The position numbers and the translations under genes are program-made. Below, one piece after another: positions 31,956 through 45,436 of a stretch of 64,000 bases of DNA; position 1 is the stretch's first letter, and the number at the start of each line of letters is the position of its first letter. The notes beneath the pieces are model-generated. The model was not told the origin of the DNA, ran no database searches, and saw only the letters and a program-made list of their open reading frames with translations. Source of the DNA: the human T2T-CHM13v2.0 reference genome, Homo sapiens. The stretch is taken from the NCBI RefSeq assembly GCF_009914755.1, contig NC_060933.1, one strand, 5' to 3'.

Positions 31956-33093
31956 TCTGACTGGCTTTGCATTTCTGTGGGGCTGTTGGGGAGGGAACAA
32001 CAGTGTCACCAGTGCTCTCTACCCACCTGTCACTCAAGGTGGGTGAGACGTCTTCTTGAACTTAATTTAGGCTCCTGCCTTTGTGCTTCTTGGGGTTAAA
32101 TGTGTAGAAGCCCTTCGAACGTATTAAAACGACGGTGCAAAGATTAGACAGGGCCTCTTTGGAGGCCCTGCCTGACTTGCATTAGCTTTGATTAGGCTGT
32201 GTTCATTGCCAAAGCTTGTGGCCACATGCTTATTATTCTGCATTTACTGAGGAAATAAGAACATGACAAGACGTTCTGAAGTCTCCGATGACTCCAGTTA
32301 AGGTTCTTTGCCAAATGCACGTGCTCTACTTTCTCTCCCGCTACCTGATGACTTTTTTCACAGTAGGCTGGAGAATAAGTTGGAAGAAGGCTTGGTCCCC
32401 TTGGCTTGGTGAGATCATGGTAAGCAGCAACTCTGACTGTTTGATGCTACACTGTGAAGAGCAGAACCTGAATTTTCAAAATGGAAAAGTTGCAGCAATT
32501 AAAAATTGTGCTGACAAGTTTTGTTTTTACAACAGTTGTCAGGGCTAGTGTTGATAAGGAAAACAATGACAGGATGAGTTGTGAATCTGCGCAGTGCTTT
32601 ACTAGTGTTCAGGTGAGAGAGCTCCGTGGTCAAGGGAACTTTTAAGTTACAATATTTTCTTTATGGTTTCTAGCTTTCAGTATTATATCTACAAAGTCCA
32701 CATGTAAGCCACAAGGATTTTTTTTTTTTACTTTTACCTAGCTCTTTTATGTTTTAATTTTCACATTAATTCTTATGTGCTTCCAGGATTGGTTTTGAGG
32801 TGAGTTGTGACACAGGAGTCCAAACATAATGTTTTTTCTAAGTGGCCAGCAAATTATTTCAACACACAGTGTCTCCCTACGTTGTAAGTAGGTCCTGTGG
32901 GGCAGGAGCAATCTGTCATTTTCTTAGGGCCTAGCACAGCATGAAGTCTCAGATATTTGTTCGGTGAATGCCTGAATGAATCCGTGGAAGAGCTTCTTCC
33001 TCCTAGCACCTCATGGCTGCGTATGAACACTTATGACTTATAAATGCAAAGGTATACAGTAGCCTGGCAATTGACTCCCAGTTTAAAAAATAA

Positions 33094-33817
33094 GGCCAGA
33101 GGCAGTGGCTCATGCCTGTAATCCCAGCACTTTGGGAGGCCGAGGCAGGTAGATTGCCTGAGCTCAGGAGTTCGAGACCAGCCTAGGCAACATGGTGAAA
33201 CCCTGTCTGTACTAAAAATACTAAATAAAAAAAATTAGCTGGGCATAGTGGCGGGTACTTGTAATCCCAGCTATCGGTTTCACTCGTGTCCACGTGAGGA
33301 GACCACCAAACAAGCTTTGTGTGAGCAACAAGGCTGTTTATTTCACCTGGGTGCAGGCAGGCTGAGTCCAAAAAGAGAGTCAGCGAAGGGAGATAGGAGT
33401 GGGGCCATTTTATAGGATTTAGGTAGGTAAAGGAAAATTACAGTCAAGAGGGGGTTGCTCTCTGGCGGGCAGAGGCAGGGGTCACAAGGTGCTCAGTGCG
33501 GGAGCTTTTGAGCCAGGATGAGCCAGGAGAAGGAATTTCACAAGGTAATGTCATCAGTTAAGGCAGGAACAGGCCATTTTCACTTCTTTTGTGATTCTTC
33601 AGTTACTTCAGGCCATCTGGATGTATATGTGCAGGTCACAGGGGATATGATGGCTTAGCTTGCGCTCAGAGGCCTGACACTCAGGAGGTTGAGACAGGAG
33701 AATCACTTGAACCCAGGAAGCAGAGGTTGCAGAGTGTCGAGATCGTGCCCTTGCACTCCAGCCTGGGCGACAGAGCAAGACTCCATCTCAAAAAAGAACA
33801 ATATAATAAAAAATAAA
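33094..33817 (+). mobile_element. AluSx-like, split by LTR7
   Basis: Alu breaks at 'cccagcta' and resumes 'ctcaggagg' after the LTR. Confidence 0.92.
33278..33679 (-). mobile_element. LTR7 (HERV-H) solo LTR, full length
   Basis: rc begins tgtcaggcctctgagc..aagctaagccatcatatcccctgtgacctgcac; contains 'cctgccttaactgatgacatt', 'tataaaa' and 'gaaataaacagcc'; ends '...gtgaaa'. Confidence 0.95.
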
Positions 33818-33939
33818 TCCCAGAATTATGTAAAGTGCTGATTTAAAAGGGTATTGTTTTACCATAGTCTCTAGGGCTCCTAGGATTTTTAAAGTGAAAA
33901 TATAATCTAGAGTGACACAAAATTATTCTAAACTAAATG

Positions 33940-34140
33940 AGAGACAGCATGGTGTTGTGAAAATATTTAAAATCATCAAACTGCATGTCTGTCATTTACT
34001 TGCTATGTGATCTTGATTTATTCATTATAATCAGTTTTCTTGTCTCTGCAGTGAGAGTAACAGCACCCACTTTTCAGAGTAGCTCTGAGTTTCAGTGAGT
34101 TAACATCTGTAATTTACCTGAACGGTGCCTAGCAGGGAAC
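33940..34140 (+). mobile_element. MIR
   Basis: 'tctgtcatttacttgctatgtgatcttg'. Confidence 0.6.
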
Positions 34141-34434
34141 AGACACTAAATTAATGTTTTTTCTTCTTCAACTCCTCCCTAAAGCCACATTCTAAAAATA
34201 TATCCTTTCTTTCACGACTTGACAGCTTGAAACTCAAAAAAAAAAAAAAAAAAAAAAAAAGATTGTATATCTTGTGTGAGTACTGATATGTGGGCAATTT
34301 TCCATCATCAGAGTGTGGAGTACTTTTTAAGACTGTCTTTTAATGAATCAGATACACTGATTACAAAAGGACTGGTTGATTGCAATCCAGTTATTTTCCA
34401 TGAGTAACTTCAATAATACAACAAACACGTACAC

Positions 34435-34736
34435 TTTTTTTTATTTTTTTGAGACAGAGTCTTGCTCTGTCACCCAGGCTGGAGTGCAGTGGCGTGATCT
34501 TGGCTCACTGTAAGCTAAGCTCCAATTCCCAAGTTCATGCCATTCTCCTGCCTCAGCCTCCCAAGCAGCTGGGAATACAGGCGGCCACCACCACGCCCGG
34601 CTAATTTTTTGTATTTTTAGTACAGATGGGGTTTCACCATGTTAGCCAGGATGGTCTCAATCTCCTAACCTCATGATCCGCCCGCCTTGGCCTCCCAGAG
34701 TGCTGGGATTACAGGCGTGAGCCACCGCACCCAACC
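34435..34736 (-). mobile_element. AluY
   Basis: TSD ca(c/a)gtacact; 5-bp duplication taagctaagc. Confidence 0.95.
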
Positions 34737-34775
34737 ACAAGTACACTATTAACGAGCTAATGATGAGCTCTGCGT

Positions 34776-35120
34776 CAGGGCCAGGACTGAGGTGAGCAAC
34801 TGCCTCATTTGCCTCGTGTGCAAAACTGAGAAGTCACCAAAAAATTCAGTCATTAAGATAAATAGTTAACATAATATTAAAATATCAAAATGAATGCAAA
34901 AAATTCATTATGAGCAAAATACCAACATTTCAAATGAAGACAAGCTCTGACAAGGCCAGGCTAGTGAGGAACTGATGCTCTCAGGTACCATGCTAAGCAC
35001 TGCAGTGTATGCTAGATTAAAGCAGATGACATTGCTTTTTTTATTTAAATATTTTTATTTAAAAATGGTCACATATCTGCAATTTTATATTTTTCAACCT
35101 AAATATTTCCTTATTTAAAC
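34776..35120. mobile_element. Probable hAT-Tip100-type DNA transposon relic
   Basis: Begins 'cagggccagg' (Tip100-like terminus) then an AT-rich body; family uncertain. Confidence 0.4.
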
Positions 35121-36181
35121 ATATTTAATCTCTGCAGAAACCCTTCGTCTCAGGGATCATTTCATCATAAGACAGTAACTCCTTTAAACTAACTTCTAGT
35201 AAAAAATGAAGTAAACTTATAAAAATATAGGAGACAGCTGACTATCAGCCTCTTAAGTGTTTGGAACAGAGGACTGAGGCCCAGGAGCTGAGGTTTCTCA
35301 TCTCAGCATCTCTCCAAGTGGCCACCCCTTTTTCTTAGTGTCTCTGCAAAGAGGCTTTTCTGATTACTCCTTTGTATGAGTCTCCATCATGATGGCTCCT
35401 AAAGGGCAGCCTTGGTTCCAGGAGTCTTTTTCCAGGGCCTACTTCAGCATCTCCCATTGAATAACCCATTTGTGGTGTCTCAGGTCAATTCCTGGAAAGG
35501 CAATGTGAGAGGCCAAGGCTACAAGGTGCCTCAATTCCTCCTGGTCAGGGTCCACTTTGGTTCTTCGGTACAGGAATGGGGGCTTCATGTTTAAAAAAAG
35601 AAAACCAGGACACAGGCCTGAATTGTCTAACGTCAATCAATAGGAAATCGGGAAGAAATGAGCTTGGTCAGACAGCCGGGTAGGTAGGGACTGGAACTCA
35701 TTCTCATCTTATATTTAAGGAAAGAGAAAAGCAGAGTTCAGTAGCTTGCTGAAGTCACGGAGAAAAAATGGATTTGGGATGTGATGGGAGTCTAGTTTCT
35801 GTGTGACCTTCAGTGAGTTAATTAATAGTCTGACATCTTTGTAAACCAAAAATAAAATTCTTAGCCTCCAACCGACTAAAATGGACCCCTCTGTTAGCCA
35901 AGGGGGCCCAAAGAAACCTAAAAAGCTAGGTCAGGCCAGGACAGGAGGAGTTCAGGCACAAGCCACCAACATTAACACTGAAACAGAGATCATAACACTG
36001 ACAAAACACAACCTTTGTAACAAGATACCACATTTCAACCCAACTCTAGTATAATATTACATGACAGATAAAGAAGGAAATCAAAATATTTTATCCCAAA
36101 ATATGTCTCTTTGCCATATTTTGAAATGGCCCTGCAGAGCCATCTTTTGTGGGGCAAGATTTGCATCTATAAAGAATCTCC

Positions 36182-36587
<406 letters not shown>

Positions 36588-36966
36588 CTAAGGGTGGCCA
36601 CCTATTAGACCTCATCTACATAAGAAGAACCTTAGTCTCCACAACCTCTTATCTTAATCCAGACACTCCTTTCTATTGATTCTAAACCTTTGGATGGTAA
36701 CTTAACCCTTTCAACCAATTGCCAATCAGAAAAACCTTTGAATCCACCTATGACCTGTAAGCCCCAACCACCTCCCACCCCCACCGCCACTTTGAGTTGT
36801 CCCGCCTTTCTGGACCGAACCAATGTATAACTTACATGTATTGATTGATGTCTTATGTCTTCCTAAATAATAAAACCAAGCTGTAGCCCGACTCCCTTGG
36901 GCACATGTTCTCAGGAGCTCTTGAGACTGTGCCTTGAGCCATGGTCACTCATATTTGGCCCAGAAT

Positions 36967-37472
36967 TGCTGAGACCGGCTCGGTCAGGGAGACCCTAACC
37001 CAGCTGAGCTAGAGGAATTAAAGACACACACACAGAAATATAGAGGTGGGAAATCAGGGGTCTCACAGCCTTCAGAGCTGAGAGCCCCGAACAGAGATTT
37101 ACCCACGTATTTATTAACAGCAAGCCAGTCATTAGCATTGTTTCTACAGATATTAAATTAACTAAAAGAATCCCTTATGGGAAAGGAAGGGATGGGCCGA
37201 ATTAAAGGAAGAGGTTGGGCTAGTTAACTGCAGCAGGAGCATGTCCTTAAGGCACAGATCGCTCATGCTATTGTTTGTGGCTTAAGAATGCCTTTAAGTG
37301 GTTTTCTGCCCTGGGCGGGGCAAGTGTTCCTTGCCCTCATTCCCATAAACCCACAACCTTCCAGCATGGGCATTATGGCCATCATGAACATGTCACGGTG
37401 CTGCAGAGATCCTGTTTATGGCCAGTTTTGGGGCCAGTTTATGACCAGATTTTGGGGGGCTTGTTCCCAACA
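36967..37472 (-). mobile_element. MER9 (HERV-K HML-3) solo LTR
   Basis: rc begins tgttgggaacaagcccccc; 'gagaccctaacccagc...gaggaattaaagacacacacacag'; 6-bp TSD cagaat/caaaat. Confidence 0.92.
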
Positions 37473-37559
37473 CAAAATAAACTTCTTTAAATATTCTACA
37501 GAGTTTGGCTTTTTTCACCAACACCTCCATTTTCCTATAAAATGTGATAAAAATACTTC

Positions 37560-37950
37560 TTGAACCCCATGTATATGGAGAATAGATTTTTCAACAAAAG
37601 CACCAAAGCAGTCCAGTGGAGAAAGGAGAGCCGTGTGACAAATGGTACTGGGACTTTTAGATATACAAAAAAAAATGAACTTTGGTCCTTACCTTGCATT
37701 ATATGTAAACATGAACTCAGAATGGTTCATAGACCTAAATGTAAAAGTTAAAACTATAAAACTTCTAGAATGAAACAGAAGCAAGTCTCTGTGACCTCGG
37801 GTTAGTCAAATATTTCTTGGCTAAGGCAACGAAAGCACAATCTGTAAAATAACAAATTAATAAATTGGATTTCAAAAGACACCGAAACAAAAATGAAAAG
37901 CCTTGCTACTGACTTGGAGAAAACATTTGCAAATCCCATACCCAGATGTA
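37560..37950 (+). mobile_element. Old L1M ORF2 fragment
   Basis: Peptide FFNKSTKAVQWRKES; 'agacctaaatgtaaaagttaaaactataaaacttctagaa'. Confidence 0.8.
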
Positions 37951-37987
37951 TTTTCTGTGCCCAGTTAGTGATTTTATAAAGGGATAC

Positions 37988-38250
37988 CAAGGCAGCATGG
38001 CCCAGTGGCTGAGACAATTCTGAAGCCAGACACCTGGGATTTGATCCCTGCCCTGCCACTTACCACTTATTAAGCACGTGACTTGAAGAAAGTCTCCTAA
38101 TCTCTATGGCTTTCCTTTTCCCATTTAAAAATGGATAAAATAGTAATATCTAAACCTCTTCATTGGTTTCTATAAAGGTGAATTAATATTCTAAAGTGCA
38201 TAGATCAATGTCTAGCACATAGTAGCCAAGACAGGTTTGTTAAATACATA
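37988..38250 (+). mobile_element. MIR
   Basis: 'gaagccagacacctgggatttgatccctgccctgccacttacc'. Confidence 0.8.
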
Positions 38251-39041
38251 AAACCAAGCAGGAGGAAGCCTGTCCCTACCATCCTCCTAGTGCTGGTACA
38301 TTTTTCTCACCTTTCTTAATCTTGGGGGAGAATTGATTTTCTCATTCTGTCTTATTTAACATTTGAGCTCAATGTCTAACCTATAACTTTATATATGATT
38401 TATTTCCGTATACTTCTCATTTTATTTTTAAAAAACCCTATGATTTGATTTCAAAAGAAGTAAAAACAAATTAAATCTTGTTAACCTAAAACTTGCTTCT
38501 GCAACATCCCCACTGGGAATGATAATATAAATGCTTGTGCCTTGAGATGAGAATGTCATTGTTTGTTCCTTACTGTTGTATAGCCTGAAGATTAAATAAG
38601 TAAAATAAAAGTGGAATTAAGAAATATATCTTGTCTACTAGTCAAAGCAGTTCAGAAACTGTATTTCACTGTTACATCTAGATAGTTGAATTGTGTGCCT
38701 TTAAGCTATGAAATTTGGTTAAATTAACTTTAATGAAAAAAATCGGAATGCAATTCCATTTTTATGTTCTTCTTTAAATATGGTAAAACGTATTAATACA
38801 GCATTGAGATAACTTTGACCTATTAGAATGCAAATGACTCTAGATTGATCTAATGCCTCACATTTAGGGCTGGTTTTAAAGGTCTCTATGATTCCCATTT
38901 ACAAATGAAACTTATTAATATGAGTTATAGATTCTTTTCCATTGTGTGCCAAGCAAGGAGAGAATCAAGCTTATTTGAATCATGCAGGCACATAGACTTT
39001 GGAATGATTAGGAGACCATGGCAAAAATTGTGAGTAATACA

Positions 39042-39510
39042 TGTAGAGAAGTTTAAACTTTTCCTCTGGAGGTGTGATAACTGAGTTATCCTGCCAAAAT
39101 ACATTGACAATAGATAGATTAACAGGAGAAAAACACACACAGATTTGCTAATATGTACATGAAAATGCGAGCCCTATAAATATGAGACTCAAAGAAGGGC
39201 CATACAGCTGAGGCTTAAATAGCATTCTTTTTGTAGGGAAGAGGGGAGATTAGTGTGCAGGTAATTTTGAGGAATAGTAAAATGCTTTTCAGGAGAACTG
39301 AATGGGCCTGGGAGACAGAAATTAGTTTATAAATTATTCTCTTTGGAATTTGAACAGGACAAGTTATGGGAAGGTGAGGGGTGGAATTGCACTGAACAAA
39401 GGCTGTCACTATGCAGATAAAGTCTCTTAGGCAACCTCTTGCAGCTGCCCTCAGAAGAACAGATGAAAAACCTGACTGGGCATGGTGATGATTTTAGTCT
39501 TCTCTAGAAG
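39042..39510 (-). mobile_element. ERV1 LTR fragment (MER34/LTR29/LTR48 group)
   Basis: 'tgacaatagatagattaacaggagaaaa' resembles the MER39-type LTRs in this window. Confidence 0.6.
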
Positions 39511-39959
39511 GTATCAAAATCTTCTTATTTTGCCCCTTGCCAAGTACTTGTGAAGGGGTAGGCACTGGTTATGGCATGTGGAGTGTTATGGTATGGTGAG
39601 GAGCTGGATAGCAAGGGGGCTGAACATGTACTGATTTGATTAGCTTCATCTCTAAAGAGTCGTGTCTCAGATGGAGCAGCTTGCACTCAAGGTACTATGA
39701 AAATGAAGAGGTTATAAAAGTATTCTAAGGGTCTCTAAGCCTTGTCAGTCTCTGTTTTCTTTATGACAACCTATGGGTTGTTAAGTAGTTGGGATGGGGT
39801 CAGTATATGGGCAGAGGGAGGTGCCCTGGTGGAAGTACTAGATAGAGGATTTGGTATTGCATCTAGGATGCTAGAGTTCTTAGAGGTTAAAGGATTTTAA
39901 TTTACCTAATAAAACCTCAAAGTTTAATTTACTCAACATTTAACCAACAGATGTCTTCT

Positions 39960-40790
39960 ATGCTGAACTAAGAAGCCTAAACTTTTCTCTGAAAGCAGTA
40001 AGAAGCCTTGTAGGGATTTTAAAGTAAAGGTGACAGGGTTAGATTTAAATTTTAAAAGATTGCTATGAAGGAAATGTGAGAGGGAATCAAAAAAATAGAA
40101 GCAGGGAGATCATTAAATTTTGTTACAATAGCGAAGGTGAGAAGTCATGATGATATGAATTCAAGAATTAAAGAGTTTTTAAGAAAATGGGTTCACAGAA
40201 CTTAATTGTGGCAGGAGGGCATAGGTGGGGGGGTGGTAAGAAGGAAGTGTCAGGAGGGAATGATGCTGCTAGGCATTGGGAGGGGGAGCTCAGGGGCAGG
40301 AAGAGGATTTGGAAGAATGATGGATAGAATTGACAGGCTGAATCTTAGGTGTCTGAGAAAAATCCAAGTGGAAACAATTCAGAAGATGCATGAATATTCA
40401 AGTATGGGCGTGGAAGAAAAGTCTGGACTAGAAATATATATTTAAAAGTAAATAGGGCGGCCAGTTGCGGTGGCTCATTCCTTTATTTCCAGCACTTTGG
40501 GAGGCTGAGGCGGGCGGATCACGAGGTCAGGAGATCGAGACCATCCTGGCCAGTACGCTGAAACCCTGTCTCTATTAAAAATACAAAAATTAGCTGGGCA
40601 TGGTGGCATGCACCTGTAATCCCAGCTACTTGCGAGGCTGAGGCAGGAGAATCGCTGGAATCTGGGAGTTGGAGGTTGCAGTGAGTCAAGATCGCCACTG
40701 CACTCCAGCCTGGCAACAAAGCAAGACTCCGTCTCAAAAAAAAAAAAAAAAAGTACAGGGTATGAGTGATAGTTAAAGTCACGCCTGTGA
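39960..40790 (-). mobile_element. L2 fragment (Alu inserted near its end)
   Basis: 'ggtgtctgagaaaaatccaagtggaaac', 'gaaaagtctggactagaaatatatattt'. Confidence 0.55.
40459..40752 (+). mobile_element. AluSc
   Basis: 'ccagcctggcaaca'; TSD-like aaaagta..aggg. Confidence 0.95.
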
Positions 40791-41139
40791 ATTGGTGGAA
40801 AGATGTGAAACAGCCAACTCAGGGTCCGAAACGAAATAAGACAGACTCATGTTTCCTGACTTTACTATAACATTGCCTATTGCATCTTCAAGCACGAAGG
40901 GGAAAATATATATTTTTTATGGAGATACTTTGATCTTTCAAATTCTGGACCTGGGATGTGAAATGGCCATGGCCTTAGTTATTTTAACTGGCTAACTCAT
41001 AGAATCCCTTTTCTGTGTTCCACAAATGTGCCACATTTTGTGCTATTCATATTCCTGTATCTAGTATATCCTCTTTCATTAATCTATTTTAGTGCAGTAA
41101 TAGTTATATTTTCAGATCTAAGAACTAATTGCTTGACTT

Positions 41140-41818
41140 TGTTAATGGATAAAACAAACTGTAATATATTTTAAAGAGGTTTATTCTGAACCAATATGAG
41201 TGACTGAGGCCTGGAGAAAACACGCAACCAAGAAGGCTTGAGTAAGTGGTTCCGAGGTGGCCGGGTTGGTTTGGTTTTATACATTTCAGGGAGGCAGGAG
41301 TTACGGGCAAAGACATCAACACATGGAAGGTATACACTGGTTCGGTTCAGAAAGGGGGATTATCTTCAGGAGAGGTCTTATAGGTTGTAGGTGGACTTGG
41401 GGATTCTCTGGTTTGTGATTGGTTAAAGGAGTAAGGCCCTGTCTACAGCTTAGAGTTGACAGAAAGGAAGGTAAGAATGCTCTGTCAGAGTCAGCCACAA
41501 TAAAATGCCCTGGTTAGCAAGCCTGATGGCCTGCAGGCCTGACTTACACCTGCCTTGCATGGCCTTAGGGCTTGTTCATAATTTGTTATCTTATGGCCAC
41601 ACGGGGTCTGTTCTGTCAGTCTTAGGATCTCTATTTTAACACCGCTGCTGGTTACTTGTTGAGTCCAAACTCCAAAACAGAGGAGGTATGATGAGGTGTG
41701 TCTGACCTCCCTTTCTTTCAGGGCCAGAAACAGCTTTTCAGTTTTCTCTGGGGTCCTCTTGGCCAAGAAGTTTCTGTTCAGTTGGTTGGGGGGCTTAGAA
41801 TTTTATACTTAGTTTACA
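41140..41818 (-). mobile_element. MER4-group solo LTR (MER4C/MER83/MER84-like)
   Basis: 'gaggtttattctgaaccaatatgagtgac'; rc starts tgtaaactaag; TSD actt/acct. Confidence 0.8.
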
Positions 41819-42640
41819 ACCTAGCTTTGGTCTATATTATATGCTCAGGAAAGTTTCTGAAATAGCCCTGGACTGGTTGGGTGATCTGGGATATGGAAAA
41901 TGGGCCTGTGTCCTGAATGATGCACTTGAAAATGGAATATAAGACTCTGTAAAACTCAAAGCATCTGTGAACACAAAATTCAATTGAGTTGATTTGCCGC
42001 AGGCTTTCTCCACTGCTAACAGTTACAATTCAATCTCAGTTATACATGGTGTCCAAAAGAAGCACATTGTGGTGACCAGCAGAAACCAAGTTTTGCTTGA
42101 AGAATAAAGGTTGCAATTTTGCAAAGGTCATGTGTTATATAAATTTTCAGTAAGATGAGATAGTTTTAAATATTTATGGCATGGACCTAAAATACACTTG
42201 CACTCTTTAGGATGAAGGAATCTATTAATTTGTTGGTAAGTGAGAAATTTAAATGGCCACTAATTTCTTGCACGAACAGCTCTGCACGTTTTTCTCCACG
42301 TGTTTGTAGCGTGTACCCTTATCGGTCAAGCAACACTGAGGGGTATTCTGTGAGCACATCTTTAGAATGATACATTAAAATTCTAGTAAATCTTAAGGCC
42401 TAGATGATATAAACTCTGAAGTCATCTTGCTCAACAGAAATTATCAATAAACCGTTTTATAGTTCACTAAAAATAAAGAAGAGTTAATAATCTTGACATT
42501 TTTATTCCTGCAAGTTGAAAAAGTTCGTGTGTTTTTTCTCAATCTACTAAAGATCTAAATTATTTTGATATAGTTTCAGACTTACTTTGTAACTGAAAGT
42601 GATTTTTCTCATTTTTGTTGATAGAAATAAAAACATCAGT

Positions 42641-42710
42641 AGGAGGGGAAGGAGGAAGGAAGGAGAAGAAAGAGGAAGAATAGGAGGAGAAGAGGAAGAG
42701 AGGAAGAAGT
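42641..42710. repeat. GA-rich polypurine low-complexity tract
   Basis: (GGA/GAA)n, nearly pure purine. Confidence 0.85.
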
Positions 42711-43229
42711 CGTGAACAGCCCTCCTGCATTTTGCATCAGGTAGAAAAGTCAGTTGAATGTTGGGAAGAACACAAATAGTAAGTACATAGATTTTCATGT
42801 AATAAAAATACCCATTGTTATCAATGCAGGAATGTGCATTTTTTGAGTCACCATAAGATGACAGAGAGCCCCTGGGGCCACCCTTTGGTGTCTCCCAGCT
42901 TCCGATGGCAGTCAAGCTTGTAGCAGAGGGACCTGCGTCCCATGTGCCCCTCATCTCCACACTGCCCTAGGCTTGGCTAAGGGAACGGTTGTTCTTCATG
43001 TTCCCAAGGGCAACTGTGCAAATGTTCCACGTGCCCTTCAGCATGGGGTGATTCTCCTATGCACAGAAGCAAACACAATGGTTTAAAACAGGGATAACTC
43101 AGTAGATTACCCCTGATCCGTCCAACTGTGCTTTATCGTTATCTTGTTACAGTTTCTGGGTGGAGCCTATTTTTCCAGCTTTTGGCTGCTCTGAGCCGAA
43201 GGATGGTAGTAGGGCAGGAGAAGGGGAAT

Positions 43230-43450
43230 TGAATTAATATTTATCGAGGGCCTGACACGAGCCCAGCACTGTGAAGACACCCTCTACACCTGTTATCTTA
43301 CTAAATCCTCAGTTCAATCCTTTGGGACAAGTGTCACGCTGTTTGCAAATGAGGAAACTAAAACTCATTAAAAATAAGCGACATGCGCAGATCGTGTAGA
43401 TAATATAGAGTAAGGGTTTAAACTCTGGACTCTTTGGGACCAGTACCCAT
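43230..43450 (-). mobile_element. MIR
   Basis: 'tttgcaaatgaggaaactaaaactca'. Confidence 0.7.
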
Positions 43451-45436
43451 CCTCTTAACTGTTCCACACTTTCTTCCATGTAATGTAGAAATATTTGATT
43501 TATTAATAATGTATTCCTTTACAACTTCTGAATGGGATCTGAGATAAATATATTCATATGCCCTATATATGATAGTTAAGTATAAGGTGAAAATAGGGAA
43601 CCATTTAGACAAAAGAGAAGATGATTACGTATGAGGCTAACATAGTAAGATCATGAAAATTAAGTTAGTTTCTCATCTCCAGTTAGACAAGAGGAAGGGA
43701 GGTGTGGCAGGTCCCTGGCTTTCCCCATTTCTCAGGGCAGACCTTGGGTTGTGATCTGATCTCACGTGGTTCTCCAAGACCTTCAGGGAAGACTTTGTTC
43801 TGTTTTGTTAAGTTTGAGGTTATTTCTTAATTTGTTTGTCATTTTGCTGATTAAGAAGCATAACAGAAATTTATTCTACAGAAAAGGAAACTGATTAAGA
43901 AAACGCAGTGCTTTTATCAGGGGCTTTCCAGGATAGATGAATAGATACTGTATATTTATTATTTCAACTCGTGAAAAAAATTCAGGGACATGTTATTAAA
44001 TTGTAGTTTCTTGAAAATCTTTTAACAGTAAATAAATCTAATGCAGACCAAGTACTTTGCCATTCAGTGGTCTAACAATAAAAAGAGACAACCTAAAGAA
44101 TATCTGGCTTGTGTGTTCCTTAGGTCAACATGTGTAAATAACTAGCAGGTTGGAGGCATTATGTTTCACTTCCACGCAACCTGTTGCATTTTGCAGGGGT
44201 CAATGATTTAGGCACCAATGCCCCTGTGTTTTTTAAAGGGACAAAATACAACCACAATTTCCCTGAACTATGGATTTTAGACTCTAGTTACATATGGGCT
44301 AATTTAAATATTCCAAGTAAAGCATATAAGAAAATATAGTCAAAATAGCATGATAATAATTTGACAAGTAAACATTATCGCACTTTCTAAAGCATCCATC
44401 TGTATGACAAATTATATGGTCCACCCTATTTATCAGGTCCACCCTAATAACAACCCTCTCTTGAAGGATTATATTACCCTGGTCTTTCAAATGAGGAAAT
44501 TAACAGTATTGAGATCCCAACCAAAAGGTCTGGCTTCAGAGCTGGCGTGCTTAGTCACTGTACTGTATGGCCACTCTGCATTCTAGTTTTATTATTATGA
44601 ACTAGTTGTAAGTGAGTTTACAAGAGACAAGGGGAGAAGAGTAGGCATAAAATAGAAGCCACGATCTAGAATCACTCATTCAAAATATATAGTTACTATT
44701 TCCCCCTTTCCACAGTCACTTAGAAGGCACTCCTGATACATTTTAAACCTAAGTCTTAGAATAGTATTAGATTCCTGAGAAAATGACAGCTTTTCCTCTT
44801 TGATAAAAAGTCTTGTATTAATTACGTGTCCCCTTTGCTTTGACTGTTATAATAAAGTCTTATATCTTAAAGACGTCCACAATGCCAGCCCTCCACAAGT
44901 CTCACCTTCAGCATTTTCTTACTATTCCAGTTTACATTATTTCCTGCTCCTAATTTTTAAGCTTAAATTATTTAGCCATTTTTATGTGGTTATCCATCTG
45001 GTCAAGTGACTTGGAAATGGGGCAACAAAATAGAATGATAGATTGGTTTGCATAGGAAAACAGACAGAAAAGGAACGACAGCAATACAGGACCAGATGGA
45101 TGCTTCCCAGAAGCAAAGAACAGGGGCCTGCGCTTACAGGAGTATGTGGGCACTGATGGATGAGGTTCTTTATGCCTTCCGAAAGAGGAGCCAAGCCACT
45201 GATGAGTGAGGTGACTAAGAGCTCTCATGCTCTTAGTGAGCTAAGGTCCACCTGCTGCTAAGATTACCTCAAAATACTAAGCTTAAGGTAAAACTCCAGT
45301 TTTAGAATCATTTAAAAAATAATTTGGTTAAGGATGAGCTGTGAAATAATTAATTCAAATGCTGCTAACTGAGCACTTCAGTTAGTGCTCCTCAAAGCTG
45401 TGAGAAATAGGCTTATGCTCAGTTCCTCCTGAGTGC

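Noticed and set aside
35439-35636. Minus-strand ORF in unique sequence (MKPPFLYRRTKVDPDQEE...), possible pseudogene
   Set aside because: No recognisable homology in the frames I translated; no poly(A) or TSD. A tblastx search would be decisive.
42547-42960. 137-aa ORF
   Set aside because: Kept open by a low-complexity polypurine tract.
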